From: Okeania sp.
Lineage (GTDB): Bacteria; Cyanobacteriota; Cyanobacteriia; Cyanobacteriales; Microcoleaceae
DNA length: 9,159 nt
Assembly (NCBI RefSeq): GCF_035285525.1
Contig: NZ_JAYKGW010000180.1
Span: 1 to 9,159, forward strand
Direction: 5' to 3'
Shown: positions 6,535-9,159 of the stretch, one piece after another
Position numbering within the stretch: the first letter of the stretch is position 1
How the letters are laid out: each line of letters starts with the position of its first letter
Made by a program: the position numbers and the translations under genes
Notes under the pieces: model-generated
Told to the model about the DNA's origin: nothing
Seen by the model: the letters and a program-made list of their open reading frames with translations, nothing else
Databases searched by the model: none

Positions 6535-9159
6535 AAATTATATTTTCCAACACAACTAACAAACGTTGAATTTGTTTTTCCCAAGTTAAATTTTGCATAA
6601 AATTCACAGCATTACTACCCTTAACTTTAGCATTTTCTGAATCAGAATAAACTTTTTCTAACATTTCTACTACCTCTTCAACATCAGATTCTCCCCAACC
6701 TTCTACACCTGGAAAATGAGGAGTAGGTTTGACAGATTTTTGAGAAAGTAATGGATAACAATGAGAATTATTAATAATATCTAAATGCCCAGTATTAGCA
6801 GAAATAATTGTGGGAATACCACAGGCAAGACTTTCCATTGCCACAAGATTTGTACCACCTTCGCAACGATTTGTAAATATAGCAACATCAGCTTCTCGTA
6901 ATATTTGTCCGACCATATAATTAGGAATAGCACCAACATCAATAACTGCATTTGTAGGAATATCATTTGCTAGTAACCATTCAGTAATTTGTAAACATTT
7001 ATTTTGACTAACTTTAGGTAATCCGACAACATTTCCAGTTTTTTCAATTCCTACCATAAACTGAGGCCAAAAATTATGCCAAGCTGTTATTAATAATGCT
7101 TCTGGATGACGTTTTTGGAAAATTTTAAAAGCTGCTATGACAATATCTTGACCTTTACGATATTCTAGTTTTCCACCAGAAAAAATAACAAAGCGATCGC
7201 TAAAAGTATTAGATTTAGGTGCTGGATGAAAAATGGTTTGGTCGATACCTTGGAGAACTTTTTGTACAGGTTTTATGCCATTACTTTCTAAGACATTAGT
7301 ATTCCAAGTAGAACCTGTAATAATTAAATTGTATGTTTGGGCGCAATTTATTTGTTCTGAAGTAAATTTAGTATTTTCTGAAAAAATAATTCCTATATTT
7401 TGGTTTCCTAAAAGATTGTTACTGACAGAAAAATTACTACTTAATGCGTGTAATATTGGTACATTAAATTTGATTTTTTTACCTTGGTGATTCTTCAATT
7501 GATTTTGCAGATTTTTTTGCTCATTAAAAGCTGGATTTAGTAAAGCTTGATGCACAGGGTTTAAGGTTCCAGGTTGAATAGAAGGAGGTGTTAATAATAA
7601 GGGTTGATATTCTGAGTTTTTAAGTAGTTGAAGAGTAAGATTAATGCCATAGATACCCCAACCACTGTGATTGTTTAACGGCCAGTTAATTCCAATTTTT
7701 TTCATTATTTCAGAAGTATAAGTTTGAAAATTATCAGGTTCTTCAACCTTACTATTAGTTGCTGTAATTTCTGGAATAAAAGCAGAAGTTTGTAGATTTT
7801 TTTCAGAAGTTATAAAGGTGGATGGAGCTGTTTTTTTATGTTTGCTAGATTTATATTGTGCTAAAGATTTTTGAATGGCTTTGTCTGGTAGTTTAATAGC
7901 CTTTATTTCAGAAATTTTATTGGTAGAAGAATTATTATTTAGGAAATTTTCTAAGCTCTCTTTAACTTGCTTCAATACACTATTCCAATCTCCTATTTTT
8001 TGTTGTCTAAATAATCTCATTGTTGGATACCAAGGACTATCTTCTCTGTCTGTTAACCAACGCCATTCAGAATCAAAATTTAACATTACCCAAACTGGTT
8101 TACCTAATGCTCCTGCTAAGTGAGGAATAACTGTATCTATTGTTATTATTAAATCTAATTGTTTTATGGCTGCTGCTGTATCAGCTAAATTATTAAAATA
8201 TGAACCTAAATTATGTATCTGAGTTTGAGACTTCAACCATTCTAAATCTTTGCCTGAGACTTCTTTTTGTAAAATGTAAAAATTGACCTTATCTATACTT
8301 AGAATTTCTTGTAAATATTCAATGGAGCAAGAGCGTAGTTTACTGGTGTCACTGGTACTATTTGTTTGCCAGCATATTCCCACTTTGAGATTTTTTTTGG
8401 GAGCAGTTGGAATAGTAAAGTCGATTGATTTTGGTATAGATAAATAAGGAATTTCAGCAGGTATAGTTTCTAAGGTAGTTCCAAAAATTCTGGGTAAGCT
8501 CATTAAAGGTATTTGTAAATCAAAGTCTGGTAATTTTTCTCCTCTAATTAATAATTCATCTATTCCTGAGACAGTAGTAAAAATTAATTTTAATGGAACT
8601 TTATTACATTCAACAATGACACGACCTCCTAATTTTTTTACTAGAGGAATATAGCGGATAAATTGAATAGAATCTCCTAAGCCTTGTTCTGTATAAACCA
8701 ATAAATTTTTACCCTGAAAGTTTGAACCATTCCATAGAGGTTGAGAGAAATTACGAACGATAAAACCTTTCGTTTTCCACCGCCATTCATATTGAGAAAA
8801 ACCGGGAATAAAATTTCCCTGTTTCAACAAAATACCTGCTAAACCAAAGTTACTATTTACATAATTTTTGTCTAATTTAAGAGCTTCTTCATAACATTTT
8901 TGAGATTCTGTAAGTTCTCCTAGTGTAAAAAATATTGACCCTAGCTCATTATATACTTCAATATAGTCTGGGTTGAGTTCTAGAGATTTTTGATAATGTT
9001 TAATAGCAGTTTCAAAGTTACCTTTATCTCTGAAAATTTTTCCTAAATTTAAGTAAGCTTGACTATAGTTAGGATGCCAAGTAATAACTTGATGTAAAAG
9101 CTCAATTGCTACATCATTTCTACCTGCTAAATGTTCTAGTACAGCCAATAAATGAAGTA
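6533..9159 (-). CDS. TPR-repeat protein fused to two glycosyltransferase modules (GT9-like, then GT4/GT1-family), 5'-partial at the window edge
   Basis: The track ORF starts at 9148, but that codon is TTG and the frame stays open to base 9159 (..LHL before LAVLEHL). Stop TAA is at 6533-6535 (minus strand). See the domain sub-features for motifs. Confidence 0.88.
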   Translation of the reverse strand, partial: LHLLAVLEHLAGRNDVAIELLHQVITWHPNYSQAYLNLGKIFRDKGNFETAIKHYQKSLELNPDYIEVYNELGSIFFTLGELTESQKCYEEALKLDKNYVNSNFGLAGILLKQGNFIPGFSQYEWRWKTKGFIVRNFSQPLWNGSNFQGKNLLVYTEQGLGDSIQFIRYIPLVKKLGGRVIVECNKVPLKLIFTTVSGIDELLIRGEKLPDFDLQIPLMSLPRIFGTTLETIPAEIPYLSIPKSIDFTIPTAPKKNLKVGICWQTNSTSDTSKLRSCSIEYLQEILSIDKVNFYILQKEVSGKDLEWLKSQTQIHNLGSYFNNLADTAAAIKQLDLIITIDTVIPHLAGALGKPVWVMLNFDSEWRWLTDREDSPWYPTMRLFRQQKIGDWNSVLKQVKESLENFLNNNSSTNKISEIKAIKLPDKAIQKSLAQYKSSKHKKTAPSTFITSEKNLQTSAFIPEITATNSKVEEPDNFQTYTSEIMKKIGINWPLNNHSGWGIYGINLTLQLLKNSEYQPLLLTPPSIQPGTLNPVHQALLNPAFNEQKNLQNQLKNHQGKKIKFNVPILHALSSNFSVSNNLLGNQNIGIIFSENTKFTSEQINCAQTYNLIITGSTWNTNVLESNGIKPVQKVLQGIDQTIFHPAPKSNTFSDRFVIFSGGKLEYRKGQDIVIAAFKIFQKRHPEALLITAWHNFWPQFMVGIEKTGNVVGLPKVSQNKCLQITEWLLANDIPTNAVIDVGAIPNYMVGQILREADVAIFTNRCEGGTNLVAMESLACGIPTIISANTGHLDIINNSHCYPLLSQKSVKPTPHFPGVEGWGESDVEEVVEMLEKVYSDSENAKVKGSNAVNFMQNLTWEKQIQRLLVVLENII
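6536..7705 (-). other. GT4-like (Glycos_transf_1, GT-B fold) glycosyltransferase module
   Basis: Begins MKKIGINWPLNNHSGWGIYG. Contains FVIFSGGKLEYRKGQDIVIAAFKIF and the acidic nucleotide-sugar motif region NRCEGGTNLVAMESLACGIPTIISANTGH. That region is E-x-E-like, with 8 rather than the usual 7 intervening residues. Confidence 0.75.
7193..7200. repeat. HIP1 palindrome GCGATCGC
   Basis: Exact octamer read in the sequence, inside the glycosyltransferase CDS. Confidence 0.95.
7950..8800 (-). other. GT9-like (heptosyltransferase-fold) glycosyltransferase module, of the type commonly fused to TPRs
   Basis: WRWKTKGF ... LLVYTEQGLGDSIQFIRYIPLVKKLGGRVIVEC ... KVGICWQ ... ADTAAAIKQLDLIITIDTVIPHLAGALGKPVWVML ... 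WRWL ... SPWYPTMRLFRQ. This motif series is characteristic of TPR-linked GT9-like domains. Boundaries are approximate. Confidence 0.7.
8831..9159 (-). other. TPR repeats; at least 3 lie in the window and more probably lie beyond it
   Basis: 34-aa units with a TPR signature: AIELLHQVITWHPNYSQA, YLNLGKIFRDKGNFETAIKHYQKSLELNPDYIEV and YNELGSIFFTLGELTESQKCYEEALKLDKNYVNS. Confidence 0.85.

Noticed and set aside
6475-6600. 41-aa plus-strand ORF starting in the spacer and running antisense into the 3' end of the glycosyltransferase gene.
   Set aside because: It has no RBS, and much of it is a translation of the homopyrimidine tract (LFFFLLPSF). It is most likely spurious.
6781-6966. 61-aa minus-strand ORF in an alternative frame of the glycosyltransferase gene.
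   Set aside because: It overlaps the conserved GT4-like catalytic region in another frame. The peptide is hydrophobic and low-complexity, with no start context.
7233-7490. 85-aa plus-strand ORF antisense to the glycosyltransferase gene.
   Set aside because: It is a shadow ORF within a well-supported CDS and has no motifs.
7875-8123. 82-aa plus-strand ORF antisense to the glycosyltransferase gene.
   Set aside because: It is a shadow ORF within a well-supported CDS and has no motifs.
8391-8398. T8 run (A8 on the coding strand) in the glycosyltransferase CDS as a potential phase-variation site.
   Set aside because: The reasoning is the same: it is a compositional expectation in an AT-rich genome, and the frame is intact.
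1-9159. Looked for a coherent novel system: defence island, CRISPR array, toxin-antitoxin pair, retron or DGR, or a biosynthetic cluster.
   Set aside because: There are no spaced direct repeat arrays, no small paired ORFs and no nuclease, helicase or reverse-transcriptase motifs. The four genes have unrelated predicted functions and are separated by 183-458 bp spacers with hairpins, or are convergent. On the visible evidence this is ordinary chromosomal context.

Overview
AT-rich window, roughly 30% GC in most hand-counted lines. It carries four copies of the cyanobacterial HIP1 palindrome GCGATCGC, so it is almost certainly chromosomal DNA from a cyanobacterium; the exact taxon cannot be determined here. 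I can support four protein genes. (1) The 3' ~3.7 kb of a giant multidomain sensor histidine kinase (helical/TPR-like region, GAF, HisKA, HATPase_c). Its reading frame is open to base 3, so the gene starts upstream of the window. (2) Acetate kinase ackA. (3) A 244-aa HEAT-repeat protein with PBS-lyase-type repeats. (4) On the minus strand, a large TPR + GT9-like + GT4-like glycosyltransferase fusion, whose frame is open to the right window edge. The genes look functionally unrelated and are separated by hairpin-containing spacers or arranged convergently. I see no operon, defence island, CRISPR array, toxin-antitoxin pair, tRNA/rRNA or other coherent new system. The features worth a second look are non-coding or architectural. 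These are a 271-bp MITE-like element with 24/28-nt terminal inverted repeats in the convergent gap; a 14-mer from its terminus that recurs next to a perfect 16-bp palindrome upstream of ackA; heptamer tandem arrays flanking the convergent gap as direct repeats; and the three-module glycosyltransferase fusion, which keeps a start-like MKK motif at the module junction. All domain calls rest on motif recognition by eye; no searches were run.
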